Positions 49,385 to 62,427 of a stretch of DNA of 64,000 nucleotides are shown one piece after another. Location of the stretch: NCBI GenBank assembly GCA_002633005.1, contig NMRA01000096.1:620001-684000 (forward strand), written 5' to 3'. The stretch is from Phoronis australis. Taxonomy: Eukaryota > Animalia > Phoronida. Numbering within the stretch: position 1 is the first letter of the stretch; every line of letters begins with the position of its first letter. The notes under the pieces are model-generated. The model was not told where the DNA came from. It saw only the letters and a list, made by a program, of their open reading frames with translations, and did not search any database. Position numbers and translations under genes: made by a program.

Positions 49385-51700
49385 GACTCTAATACTTTCT
49401 GGCAACTGACAAAAACAATTTGCAGAAGTCTTCTCCCAACTTGAAAATAACCTGTGACGAGTGGATTGAATACTTTAGTACGTTGTTGAATACTGAATGT
49501 GAAAATAGTAATTTTGTATTTGACCAATAGGTGGCAGATTTGTTAGAGGATTTTGCTGTGTCAAATGTTCGCGAGATTGTGGAAGTAGTAAATATTATGA
49601 AAAGTGGGAAGAGTCCAGGCGAAGATGGAATACCGATTGAGTTTTTCGAATTTTCAATAGAAAAAATAAGCATTTATTGTGGATGCTTTTTATTATTTTT
49701 GCAGTGGGAAATTCCCAGGGAGGTGACAACAGGATTGATGTAACGCTTGTATAAAAAGGGTGATCCATCAAACCCTGGTAACTACAGAGGAATTACGTTA
49801 CTCAATGTTATTTGTAAAATTTTTACTTCTGAATCAATCAAACAGAAGACTGGTAGCGTGGGTGGGTAAAACACATTAGTTCAAGTTATAGAAGAGCAGG
49901 CTGGTTTTAGAAAAATATATTCTACAGTTGATAACATTTTTACACTTAATTGCCTGGTTGAGAAATATTTGTCAAGAAAAAATCAAAACCATTTTATTGT
50001 GCCTTTATCGGCTTTAGCAAATAGTTTGACTCGATAGACAGATTGAAACTTTTTTATATTTCGATAGCAAAAGGTGTCTCAGGGTCACTATTTAAAACCC
50101 TACAAAGCATAAATGAAAATCAAAAGTCACCTTGGAATAACAGGAAATACATTTGAGTGCAGGAGTGGGGTGAGACACGGTTGTATGCTTAGTCCTCTTT
50201 TGCTTTCATTGTATATAAACCAATCAGCTGTTGAAATGAGTAGTGAAGAGGGATCTGGTATCCAAATGACCCAAGATATTCAACCTATTATTCTTATTGC
50301 TTTTTGCAGATGATGTCACGTTATTTGGTGACTCTTTAGTGGAGTTTCAACGACGGCTTAATGCCCTTGAAGGTTTCTATATTAAATGGTATGTGTCTGC
50401 AAACATAGGAAAGTCTAATGCATGCGCGCACCCATGGGGGGAGGTCTGGGCGGGGCTCAAAGGAGCTCCCCCCATTTGGCGAAATGGGCAGAAAGGTCCG
50501 CCCCTGAGAGACAAGAAGTCCGACAAAATGGAACAAAAGTCCCTAAATAAGCGCAAATGCGCAATTGGCATTGGTGTTCCCGTTCTTTTTTTTCTTTTCT
50601 AGTCCGTCCCCTCTTTTGTCAGCAAAAAGTCCACAAAAGTCCACAGCTTCAGAAATTCGAGCCCTCCATGGTGAAGGCTGGGTGCACGCATGTAATGTGT
50701 TTGTATTTAAAAAGTTGGGAAATCAAAGAAATATGAAAAGTGCTTTTATAAACGAAGTGAGTTAACAGTGTGCAATTAATATTAGTATTTAGGAGTTGTA
50801 TTTTCATGCAGGCTTAATTAGTCAGTGTGTTGTAGAACACTTGCCCAACAGTCAAACAAAATACTTGATATTGTCAAGCACCTTTTACAAAACATTGACT
50901 CTACTAGAAATGCAAAAGTTGCCTTCAAACTCTTTGATTCCATGGTTGCTCCTTTATTACTGAAATATGAGGAACTAGTTACAGAAAAGACATTGAAAAT
51001 GTACAAAACAAACTTTGTAAATGGCTGTTAAGGACTGGTAACAAAATAACAAATGTCATCGCCAAAAGTGAATGTGGACGGTACGAGCTATCAGTGTCGT
51101 ACATGATAAAACCTATTGAATACTTCTTAAAAATGTTAAGATTGAGTAATCGAACGTTTATCAAAGCAGTGCTACAAGATGTTGTATGAAAAAGACATGA
51201 TTTTTCAAAAACTAGTGTACGGAATTTAAAAATCTGTTGTTTGTATCTGGATTTGGTCGTGTTTGGTTACACCAAGAAGTTGAAGTCGAATCATTGTTTT
51301 TGCAAGCAAAGACTAAGAGACGTAAATCTATAGAAATGGCTGGAATGCGTGGATAATATGAGCAAATTTGATTTTTATAGAAATTTCAAAACCAGTTTAG
51401 TATGTGAAGAATACGTATGTTGCAAGTTGTCATTAAAAAGCAAATATTTGCCGTTGCCAGTATTAGATGCTCAACGCACCGTCTTGGGAAGCGAAATAAG
51501 GAGAAAAAAATTACCAGGTGAACAAAGGGTATGTTCCGTTTGTAATACAAATGACATACAGGCGGAGATTCATTTTTATTCAATTGTTCAGTTTTACTAA
51601 GTTTTGAAAATTTTATATCAAAGCTATGTTAGACAGAGATGAAATAATGAGTGTCTAATTTCAGTGTGTACCTTTCAACTTTGTATAAATAAATAAATAA
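49385..51700 (+). mobile_element. Degenerate LINE ORF2 (RT plus C-terminal Cys/His motif)
   Basis: KSPGEDGIPIE, LYKKGDPSNPGNYRGITLLNVICKIF, EEQAGFRK.YSTVDNIF, GVRHGCMLSPLL, LFADD, RVCSVCN..EIHF; ends in (AATA)n. Confidence 0.85.
50421..50692. mobile_element. MITE inserted in the LINE, 5-bp TSD TAATG
   Basis: TAATG|CATGCGCGCACCCA ... TGGGTGCACGCATG|TAATG; a related end occurs at 31461. Confidence 0.75.
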
Positions 51701-52051
51701 ATTTCGTCTGTTTTAAAAATAGTGAATCTGACGACATTTTCTGCAAATCCAAAAATAAAGAAACTCAATAACTTTCATGTTGGGATCCCCACGAAGTAGA
51801 TTCGTTACGATCTGTTTAAAAGGTATTTTACGAGTTTTAGCGTTCCAATCAATGGCCAGTTGCATGAAACTCAGGTAAGTCCCCTAAATCTTTTGGGAAT
51901 TTGTGTCTTTCGGTACCTACAGATGTAATCTTTTTCTATCATTCTAGCTTTACTATGATTTCCTCTTTGGCTAATGACATTTTCTAATAGTATGTTAACT
52001 AAAAACTGAACCTGGAACTAAAAAAATAATAAATAGGGATTTAGTATTTAA

Positions 52052-53316
52052 AGGCGAATGCAACCTTTTTCATGTCATTATCAACAAAATTACGGTTTCT
52101 TTGATTATCCCAAACGTATTTTTCAGTTAATAACGGCTTCCCGTAATTTTATTAATTAGTCGTGACTTTCTCCGGAAGTGACGTTTAGGGGGTCAAAAAT
52201 TTCCCGCCGTTTTGTTTTCATATAGTCTGACTGTGAGCTGTCTTGTCAATCATTGTTTTACCTCGGTTGTGACAAGTCCAGTCGTCGTTTGCGCTTGTTT
52301 ACGAGTCAGTCATTACGCCGCATGGTTGCTGCGTACCGGGATGTACTCATTATCGTCTCACGCGTACTTTGGACATGACATTACATCGCTTTCCGAAAGA
52401 TGACACACTCCGCTGTACTTGTCTCGTTCGTGTGAGGAAAACAGTGTTACCCGTCTACGCAACGGAGAACTTCCCGAGTACGTGGCAAGCATTTTCTGCC
52501 GTCGGATTACGAAAGAGATAAGTACGCGGAATTGATGAAGTTTCCTGCAAAACAACACTGTTGATTACCGGCAGTGCACCGACGCCACCCCCGAGAAGTT
52601 CCTTTTTTGAAGCGAGCTTTGGCCTCTACAGTGACTGGAGCTCTCTCATCTATTGTCACCGTACACCCACACATACCCTAGAGCATGCAATGCAGGGAAG
52701 TAGCAGTGATGCGCCCTGTGCTGGTGTTGTCTGCAGCCCAGAGCCATTAACCAGCCGAGTAGTGGGAGTGAATACAGGCACAGTTCGACACCCAGTGAGG
52801 AGGACAGTTCGTCGTCCAGTGCAACCATGTCTATCCTCGATCTCTGCCTCACACCTCTCAACAGTTGTGTGCGCGCGTTCTGCCTCACTAAACACAAGCT
52901 CAAACAAATATTCATGCACTGACTATTCGCGAAAAAATTCCTCATCACTGTGTCTGTGATATGGGTCGCCGACTCCAGCCATTTATAGGCTACTACAAAT
53001 TGAACAATCCCTAAATCCAATGTAATTGAGTTATCTAACAACCTAGCTTGTCGTAGAATACTCGCCGATGGGAAGTGGTGACGACAACATTAGGAAACCA
53101 GGAGGAAAACAACAGCGGAACAGATCCTCATAGTAAACTCAAACGTAGAAACAAAATGGCGGAAATTTTTTTACATCTTCATTGTCACTTCCGGAGTAGG
53201 GCACGACTTATTAATAAAATTACGGGAAGCCGTAATTAACTGAAACATATGATTGGTATAATCAATGAACCGTATTTTTTTACTAAAAATGACATGGAAA
53301 AAGGTTGCCTTCTCCT
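52052..53316 (+). mobile_element. Kolobok-type DNA transposon relic with ~150-bp TIRs and a decayed THAP domain
   Basis: TTAA|AGGCGAATGCAACCTTTTT ... AAAAAGGTTGCCTTCTCCT|TTAA. Positions 52315-52585 translate (with frameshifts) to PHGCCVPGC...LHRFPKD...RVRGKHFLPSDY...GSAPT. Confidence 0.75.
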
Positions 53317-54645
53317 TTAAATAATGGACGTTGCATTAAAAGATCCCTATTTATTCTCGATAATACTAAGAAAGCAACGTCAGGTTCACTCTTGATTTGT
53401 ATCTATGCCAAACTTTAATTTAGTGACGATACTAAAACAGCTTTAGACAGAATAATCGGCGTTTTCAAAACTAAGCCAGTAGATTTAGGACACTTACTTC
53501 AGTCACTATTTTAGACTGTTCCGAGCGCACTGGCACAGGCCTCTTAAAACCTTAGACAATATTGCCTTCGTGTAATTTACAAATAGTGGTATTAAACTTC
53601 GTCAAACGTGTTTTCTTTTCGACTAACTCGTAATTTTGGAAAAGAGTGACAATTCTGTCATCAGTTTATCACCTTCAGTTATCGCCTTCCTTCAAGTAAA
53701 AGGTTATACGAATTCACAAAAATAAAAAAGAGGCAATTAATCTTATCCTTGGGACCTGTCCTCAAGTGTCCCCTCAATAACACGCGATATAGATAAAAAC
53801 CAGGAAAAGGGTGGTCATGTATGCCATCAACCGGACATCCGAGAGTGAAAGGAGTTGATTTAAGAAACAGGAAAGGACACTAAGTCTATGCGTCAGGCTC
53901 TAACTCGTATCAACTGATAAACAATTTCAAAAACGGGAAAACAGGCTATAGAGGGCGGTTCATGGAGAAATGGGCTGTATCTTCTTGAATTAAAAAAATC
54001 TGAATTTGCTCTGGAAAATATGAACATATTTTTTCTGAATTTTTTGAAGTATGCATAATAAACAGCCCATTTTCAAATGGATTTAGAAGGTCTATGCTGC
54101 AAAAATGCTACCCCCTCGGCTTACTTACATAAATGTTTTGGCCAGGAACACAAAGGGTAAACGTGGGAGTGGTAATTGAAAATGTTCTTCTCTCTTGTCT
54201 GCGTGTTTTACTGTGTCGTTCTTTCGAGGCCATTTGCCTCCGGTCCCTATGGTGGTTGCCACGGTTTCAGCCCCACACTTGCAAATTATTGAGGGGTGCA
54301 CGTGCCTTCTCGGCATCCCCGCTTCCTGCTGCTCTGAAGTTGGACATTGTGATGTTAATTGATCAAAGAGTGCGCAAACAAGTACGTGCCGTTATTGACT
54401 AATTTATGTGAATAAGGAGGACACATATACAACAATAGACGGCCCACTGAAAACCAAACATTCTGATAGATGCTATCTTCGTCAGAGGTTGATGGTACAA
54501 CACTATTTAAGGCTTTTCAGCACTTCGTATACGACTGGTAAGTTTACGTACTCCGCAGACGGCTGGAACACAGTCGTCGACTCTCATTAGCTGAGGTTTG
54601 CAAAGCTAACCGACGCTTGTTCACCGACATTAATTCCAGTGCGAC

Positions 54646-57105
54646 TCACTGATCGCTAAATTCCTCGTAAGTTGAACACCGAGTCGTTAACGGACTAACA
54701 CCAGTCACGCTGGCTTTCATGCAATTGTCATTTTGTATCTTCATCGGATACCCGACCACCAGGAGACGCCTTACAGCAAATTCTTCATTTGAACATTTAT
54801 TAGCAACTTTACGCAATGTTTCAAATGGCGTGGTTGGAAAGTAAGTCTTAAGTGTCACCATGCCATTCCAGATAGGTTTCCTGAAGGGACTCGAATACTG
54901 ATACACTGTGAGGTTGTGTAGTCTATGTTGCACGAGATCGAGATGTCTCCTGGCTTCGAACCACACGCGGGCCAAATTTCCCACGCGGTATGAGAGGGAA
55001 TGCACATAGTTCGAGTCCTGACCCAATAGTCCAAGCTTACGAATTATTATCGTGGCAACGACTATCAAAACGAAGGCGACGAATAGGAACCAATAACTCG
55101 AAAACCATCGGACTACCAAATCGCTAGCCCTATTAGAAAAATCTCGCATGAACATTTCGGAGATGTCTTCCATAGAAGTACAAATACCATGACTGTCGCA
55201 GAATCCTTTATCACCATTACACACCTCTCCATTTCTTAAAGGGACGCTCTCCACATCGTACGTGTTACACACTTCGTCCGCTCCGACGCAACACAGCAAG
55301 CACAGGTTTGCCTTGGCTCCTGTACACTGACATTGTCTTTTGCCTGCACGAGAACAAAGCGTCTGATTGCACACTCCACCTTGACACAAACCATAGCCAA
55401 ACCCACACTTACGACCATCGGGATAAGGTTGGAGTGATGGGCATTCGGCGGACTTTCCGTCGCATACAGATTCCTGCATGCATTCACTCTCTCTTTCACA
55501 TACTTTGTGCGCGCCAGGGCCAATCATTTGACACGTGGTTGAATTACAACACATTGATGACACGCTGCAAGATGCTGATAGTTCGCCTTTTTTGAGAGTA
55601 CAGGGCTTGCCACTAGTGGAGCCTTTGGGTTCGCAGCAGGGGTCTACGAACTCACACTGGCTCTTATCGCCACAATCACACTCCTCGCCGTCCTCCTTCA
55701 CAGCATTTCCACAAACTGATAAACTGTCGGGCAGCAAACACCCAGCGCGATTCAGGAAGACTTGCCTAATCTGCATCACACTGCAGAACGAGAATACCTT
55801 ATGATTGGTTTTCAGCCCGGTACCTGCATACATGTTCATCAGGTAATTACCCACATCTCCTCCAGGCGCGCATGCCGCTTGTATCCAACCATCGCTGCCG
55901 TCATGGGAACTTCCGAACGCATGCCCTAGCTCGTGAGCTACAGTGACTGCCGACATGAGCCGCGGAATGGTTCGACCGAAATTGAAGTTTGACACAAAAG
56001 CGCTGTTACAACTCTCATATCGACCCGATATATCAGGAATTTTCTCTGCGCAGATACCGCCTATGCCATTGTCTGCGTTGGCTTTGTAGGCCAAACCTAC
56101 GACAGAGCCGTCGAAGTCCCGGTAAGTTAAAACGAGTCCTAAGCAATAGTCTTTCAAATCGTGCTGTCTAGCGAAACCTCTGAGAAACTCTTCCGGTGAT
56201 GGGTTTTGTTGGACACTAAAATGCTTGGTTTTGTATATTGTGATTTTCTTGATTCTGATGCCTATGTTGTCCATAGAGCCGTCGCCGTCGAAGTCGGTTG
56301 CTCTAAAGATCGCGTTGGCCAAGCGAACGTTGTACAGAATCTCCTTGAGAGTGTGTGGGACACTTTTGTTTGCGACATGTGAAAAGTACAAATGGTCAGC
56401 AAAGATATGGAGAGTACAAACAACATTGTGCTTAAACTTCACATTTTTGCGCCTGCGAGAGTGGGATGTACTCCTGGACAAGTTGCGTGTTAGAAAAAGT
56501 CGCAATTTAAAGTTCATAGTTCCACATTTAGCTGGAAAATATGGGCTGAAATCGATATCGCTGTTTCGGTATATGATGGATTTGAAATGACTCGAGTTCA
56601 AATACCGCCTTGAGGGCTCAATGAAGTAATGTGTATCTGGAGTTATTACTACGCCATCAAACTCTGATAATTTACTGTCATACCATCCTTGCGCGTAGGA
56701 ATTAGAATCTCCATCTAAATACCCGCTATACAATTGCCCCATGTGCACACTGTCCAAAAACTTAATAGTCCGTCTTCCTATGTCGTTAACAACGTCAACA
56801 GTGGCGTCGTTTTCAATTAGTCTGTAATCTGCTTTGAGTTTCAAGTGAATGCGTCGACGGAACGCGTAGAAATCTACAACAAACTCTTTGTTTGACAAAT
56901 CGTTGATGTTAGATCTTGCCATGTACGGTGAAAATCGTTTTATCCGCTTACCAAGACTTTCTCCAAATTTCAGATTGAATATAGGTTGAAAGCAGTTAAA
57001 GACCGTATGGTTTATGGGTAAACAATTGTTAATCAAACCTGTCGAAATTTGTGTGAACAAGACATAACAAGTTGCTACCGAGCCGACGATTGCACTTGGT
57101 TTCAT
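54646..57105 (-). CDS. Intronless ADAM10/17-type metalloprotease, copy 2 (819 aa), close paralogue of 32818-35346
   Basis: Same domain order and HELGHAFGSSHD motif, collinear with copy 1; C-terminus shortened by a 1-bp deletion near 54653. Confidence 0.93.
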   Translation of the reverse strand: MKPSAIVGSVATCYVLFTQISTGLINNCLPINHTVFNCFQPIFNLKFGESLGKRIKRFSPYMARSNINDLSNKEFVVDFYAFRRRIHLKLKADYRLIENDATVDVVNDIGRRTIKFLDSVHMGQLYSGYLDGDSNSYAQGWYDSKLSEFDGVVITPDTHYFIEPSRRYLNSSHFKSIIYRNSDIDFSPYFPAKCGTMNFKLRLFLTRNLSRSTSHSRRRKNVKFKHNVVCTLHIFADHLYFSHVANKSVPHTLKEILYNVRLANAIFRATDFDGDGSMDNIGIRIKKITIYKTKHFSVQQNPSPEEFLRGFARQHDLKDYCLGLVLTYRDFDGSVVGLAYKANADNGIGGICAEKIPDISGRYESCNSAFVSNFNFGRTIPRLMSAVTVAHELGHAFGSSHDGSDGWIQAACAPGGDVGNYLMNMYAGTGLKTNHKVFSFCSVMQIRQVFLNRAGCLLPDSLSVCGNAVKEDGEECDCGDKSQCEFVDPCCEPKGSTSGKPCTLKKGELSASCSVSSMCCNSTTCQMIGPGAHKVCERESECMQESVCDGKSAECPSLQPYPDGRKCGFGYGLCQGGVCNQTLCSRAGKRQCQCTGAKANLCLLCCVGADEVCNTYDVESVPLRNGEVCNGDKGFCDSHGICTSMEDISEMFMRDFSNRASDLVVRWFSSYWFLFVAFVLIVVATIIIRKLGLLGQDSNYVHSLSYRVGNLARVWFEARRHLDLVQHRLHNLTVYQYSSPFRKPIWNGMVTLKTYFPTTPFETLRKVANKCSNEEFAVRRLLVVGYPMKIQNDNCMKASVTGVSPLTTRCSTYEEFSDQ

Positions 57106-59299
57106 CCCCCAGCTTCAACATACGTTTTCCTATCATTTTTCAGACATTGTATATTTACATGTTGTGTACGCACGAGGCACGTACGTTTCTTAATATTTTT
57201 ACACTTTCAAGCGAATTTTCAGAGCATTTCCCGGGAGCAAGATCAATAGTGCTTTTGTGCCAAGAATAAAACTTGCCTTGAAAGGGCTAGAGCTTGAATT
57301 TGTTATTGAGTTTTTTAAATGTTTGCATTTTGACATATGCCTACAACAAATCGGGGAAAATGTGCGGATCACTAAATTGGTTTTTCCGCTACAACCGCCT
57401 AAATAATGACGTTTTAAGGACTTTAATATTGTATTTTCCGGTTTACTGAATTTTTTAGATCTTAATACGTAAACAGTTAGTCTGGATTTTGGTTACTTCA
57501 AGTATTGGCGTTTGCTTCTTCACATTAGTTTTACCGTTATTTTTTATTCATGTTTTATTCTGATGCCCATTGTGTTTTCTAAGAAATAAGAACAAACGAT
57601 TGGGTGATTATTGACTTCGTTCTAATAATTTTTAGCTCAGTGCAACATAAATATGAGTCAGTGTATGCCCTAAGTACGAGCTGGGCTATGCCCTCAGCAT
57701 AAATCATTGCCAGCCAGCTAACTGTATGAAGACTGTCGTCAAAATATAGCTAGGTACCACTGTGTGTTTTTCTTCAATAGACCCCGAAATTGCACACAGC
57801 CAGGGTTGTTCTGTTCGTCAACTCGCCGTGAAACCTGCATCAACACGATGAGCTAAAGACCGGACGGGGTGCATGCAAAATCTGGGAGTCAACCGACACT
57901 CACCTTGCCCGTTACAACCGTTTAAGTGAAAAACAATGCAACAAATGTCATTTCCTTGCGTCATTCTCGACCTTTAGTAACAATAAAAAGTATGTTGTCG
58001 TTTTGAAAACAGTACGCTCGTGTCACGCGCACACGCCCTTTCGTAAATTTTTGCGACAACTTCGCAGCAGCAAAATTTGTTCTGAAATTCGGTTTTTCGG
58101 TATCGAAATTCTAAAAACTTATAATGAAGTGAAACCAGTTCCAATAATTTGTTGTGACGTGTACGCAACCTCGTGAAAGAACAACGGTTGATTGAAGAAT
58201 CGGCGAAAAATGAAACTGGCCAATAGGTGACGCAATATTTCATGGCGCCGAAAGCCGAAGTTCGCTCCACAACTTGAGCAGCAGAGTAACGGTAGAACGT
58301 CATTTTTTTCCAACACCGTTAAATAATTTGGTTTACCCAAGGAAGACTGTAGCTTTTAATGACACTAATTTTGTGTCAGATTTTATCTTACCACTTTTTT
58401 ACCCATATCGGTACAAATTTAGTATACAGCTTTGTACCAAGGGTACATGAATCAGTGTATGCCCTTACTCCGGGCCAATGTGTACTCTCAGCGTGGACTG
58501 GATTTGGAGGATAAGAGCTCCTTGCCTAGAAGTATATGTCCCAAAAGAAGACGAGTCAAAAAGCATTAGCAAGTTTTGGCACATTTCGTTTTTAAAAGGA
58601 TACTCAACTCTGTTTTGGTGATTTTAATCAAGGTCTCATTCTCCCACCAGTTGAACGATGATGAGTGGACTAAGGTAACCACAATATTTTGAGAATTTTT
58701 GGCATTCACACCAATCTGACCAGCTTTTGAAAATCAAAAAGAGCAAATTTGCAATTGTTTTTGTATTTATAACTCCATTTATTCGGTGTGACAATAATAG
58801 ACTCTGCGCGTTCGTTTTAGTGGAATTGGTAAGGTGACAACAACCCGTTTACCAAGATTGAAAAGAATTCTTTAAAACTTGAGGAGAAATTACATGTAAA
58901 TAATTTGCTGACCTTTGCACTAATTGACCCTTTTTCGGTGCATTATGAGCCCTGATTAAGGAATAAGTGAAAACTCGATGATAAGTGTTGTTAATGCTAA
59001 GAGTCAAAGATGTCTTACTTAAGCGCTTCAGAATACAAGTTTAATGAAAATCTATTTTTTAGAAAAAAAAATCACCTTATGCATTATGAAATATAATATA
59101 AAGAATTAAAATTTATATACTGCTAAATATCCTACCTCAAATTTGAAGGGGTTACCTGCAGTCATTTTAAATTTATCAAGCTTCAAATTGGTCGGACGAA
59201 AAATAGGAGTAAGAATAAGAATAAGAAAATTGAAGAAAACCCAGGAACAGCAGTACTCTGGGCTTACACGCGCTGAGTAATTATACAGATGGACAGCAG

Positions 59300-62150
59300 T
59301 GAGAACTGACGGGGCTACCTTCATTGAAAATATTACAATAATGCATAAATAAATGATAAGATAACACTACGTTGTAAATTATATGCACAGGAATTTAATG
59401 TTATCCGGGTCTATTTCAAGTGGCCAGGAAATAGACTGGTTTGAATCGAACCATGTGATGGCAAACAATCAAATTTTTAAGGAGTCGTTTCAGTTAAGAT
59501 AGAAACGTTTTGTAAAAAATTCTTTGCCTGTTCACAAAGTGTCAAACTTCTTGGGATGTACATATTGGCAGCGCATTAAGTTTTGTCGCTGCACATCGAG
59601 CACGTACATGCAGGAAGAGGATAACTCCTATTCCGTTTGAGGAATTTCTTTCTAGCTAATAAATTTCGATGCATGCTTGCGTGTTGGACTAAATACATTA
59701 AGCTGCAGCGGCTTTAGGGATTTTGCGCACAACACAAGAGACAGTCATCAGTTTTCAGTCTGAGCTGTGTGTGACAACTTCTGTTATAAGTTAAAGTCCT
59801 TCTCTCAAACTGCCCATGTGGTTCCAGTATTCGAAAATACTTACTACATAAATTCTTATTTTCGACACTCTTTCTTTATATTCTTTTCGCCTTTCTTGCC
59901 AAAAGCGATTTTTTAACAGTATTTGACCCTTCTCTCTGAGCGTATGACTACCGGTTGTCATCGGTTATTTCCGTACCCACATTTCCGGCTCATCAGTTCA
60001 CGAACTTGTCCTGAACGCTGCCATTTTTTCCTTGTAACTGAATGTGCTATGGCTTGCTCGAAAAGTCTTCATTATTTTGTTTAATTAGTAATATATCGTG
60101 ATTCGTTTGCATATGTAGTGTATTTATAGTTTGTAGTTAGTGGTCCTTGATTTTTTTGGAATGTTACGCGTACTTAGTACGTTAAAATAGCATTGGTGTT
60201 TAGTTCCTTACGTAGGCGGGTCGAACCTAGGAACCAAAATGGGTCCAACCAATTTTTTCGGTTTTATTTTTTTCCTCGTTTTGAAAAAGTACGTTGCTAT
60301 CATCGGAAAGGTAGTACATTCTACTCAGTAAAAATCGAAAAAGTATCAAAATCGGGGCAAGCACTGTAAAGTTATTGCAAGTTTTGTGGCGAAATTTGGC
60401 TCACTTTGTTTGGATCGCGTCGGCCATATTGGAGGACAGCGGGATGAGTTACGAGTTTAAACTTTGTGTAAATTGTTTTCGCCAACAAATTACGGTGAAA
60501 TTTAGTTTGACATATCTTTACTTACTATTCTGCACGATTTAGTAGTGTTCACCAAATTTCAGCCTCGCAGTTGTTACTCATTAAGTGATAAATGTGCTCA
60601 CAATTCCCGTTGGACTTCGTCTCATTTCTGGCGGCACCGACAATGTCGACTTTTGCTGAACTTAGTGAAAGCATAGACTACTTTGTAATTTGTGAAGATT
60701 TATCGTTGATACATTATGACAAACGTTGCTACGAAAAAGAAACTTTGTTCAATTTTCGTGTTTTTTGTGTTTGTGGCCAGCGACCAGTTAGGCCTAAGCT
60801 AGGGTAGCCTTGGCGCAAAGCGGTATAGGCCTACTAACAAGCTGTATTTTGACTATAGTCTTCACTGATAGCTGGTGACTGTAAGGTCTGCCGCTGCAGT
60901 GTGACACAGGACTAACCAGCCGTAATTTCATGCAAGTGGCTGAAACTACCCTTGAATATATGCAGCATCATTTGACCATTTCACTTCGACAAAACAGCTT
61001 GCAACCGCATGCATTTACCGTTCGCCAGTGTCTGGTCTCGATCCGCACCGGGTCCGATATGCTGCGGTCCGGAATCAGGCAAAATAATTTCTGTCAAAAT
61101 TTATTCGCCACATTTCTTCAGCAAATTCCGCAACATTGTCCGTAGTTTGTTTTTAAGGGGCGCTGTCGATTTTTTTATCCCCGTTTGCTGACTGGTAACA
61201 GTACAGGCACTGCTCCAGTCGCACTGACGGCGTTTTCTCGGCCTGGGTTCCTGAATGAATTGTACTTCCGGGTTCGCGGCATGTTCAAAATGGCGGTGTT
61301 TCTTCGGGTGCGAATCGTGAGTGGTGCGTTCATTTAAACTTTTTTCGAGTACGGATCGTGTATTAGTTATGGAGTAGGAACTTCTTGGATCCTTATAATA
61401 TCTTCTAACCATGTAATAAGGGTTAACAACGCGTGAGAGAAGGACTTTAAGGTGTCTATGAAACAACTTAGTCGAGGAAATTAGGCCCCGTACATACAAA
61501 ACACCTTTCAAAACCCTGATATATATGCAAAACGTCAACTACTGCGAATGGCAAGATTTTAAGAAACGTAGACTTCCATTACTTTGACCAATTCCAACGT
61601 TTTATGTTATATTTTCTATACAAATGTAAAATGAAAATTTTATTTACTTATTGCTTTATCCTTTTCAGTTATTGTATTCTTGCATGGTTTTCTGTTAGTA
61701 AGCCTGTTCAGAGTAAATGGAAAATTGAAAAATCAATATAGAGCTCTTAGCTTTGTTTTTCATGATTGGACTTTTTAAAGTCAAATTTAACTTAAAAGTG
61801 TTAATGAACCCGCGTCTAAAGCAAAGTGCCTGCCGCTTGAAGCATCTAAATTAAGTTGGTTCATGTTGTTTAGGAAATCTATGTTTTCTAAAGAATAGTC
61901 CCTACCACCTAAAACAATAGGCCAAAGATATTCTCACTGTCCCAGGCTACCATACGAAAGAATTTGGTTTTTTCAACTCTTTGTGGTATCGAGGTACCAA
62001 ACTATGGGATGCCGTGCCTAACCAAGTCAAAAAACTAACGACATTGGCTTTGCCGTGTTGAATGTAAAAACACCTTACTGCACTATGCGACTGCAACCCA
62101 AGTTATATATGTAGACTTTTAGAGAATCTTGCTGTTTGATATGATAAATT
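59300..62150 (+). mobile_element. Highly decayed LINE fragments interrupted by other repeats
   Basis: VKLLG..I...L.F..HI-like remnant near 59540-59600 and SLWYRGTKLWDAVPNQVK near 61978-62030. Confidence 0.4.
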
Positions 62151-62427
62151 ATTGTTGCTGGCATCGGAGGATATTTACAGATTTTACTTTTGTATGGTTT
62201 AGATGTTTTTACTGCTATGAAAATAATGTAATTATTGCTCATGTCATTTAGATTTAGATTTTAATTTGTAATCGGCAACTAGCTCTTGAGGTAAATTGAA
62301 CAAAAAACTTTTCTCCACTCGAATCTATTAATTTGAAACTTGCACGTATCGTGATCACGACTTGAATGGTTTGGGTCTCGTGTACGTGTGAACTCACGAA
62401 TTTCGGTTCAGAAAGTTTTTTTCATTG

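Noticed and set aside
60200-61540. CpG-richer segment with 145-aa ORF 61101-61538
   Set aside because: No recognisable domain or splice-consistent model; probably transposon-derived, and I could not fix its termini.
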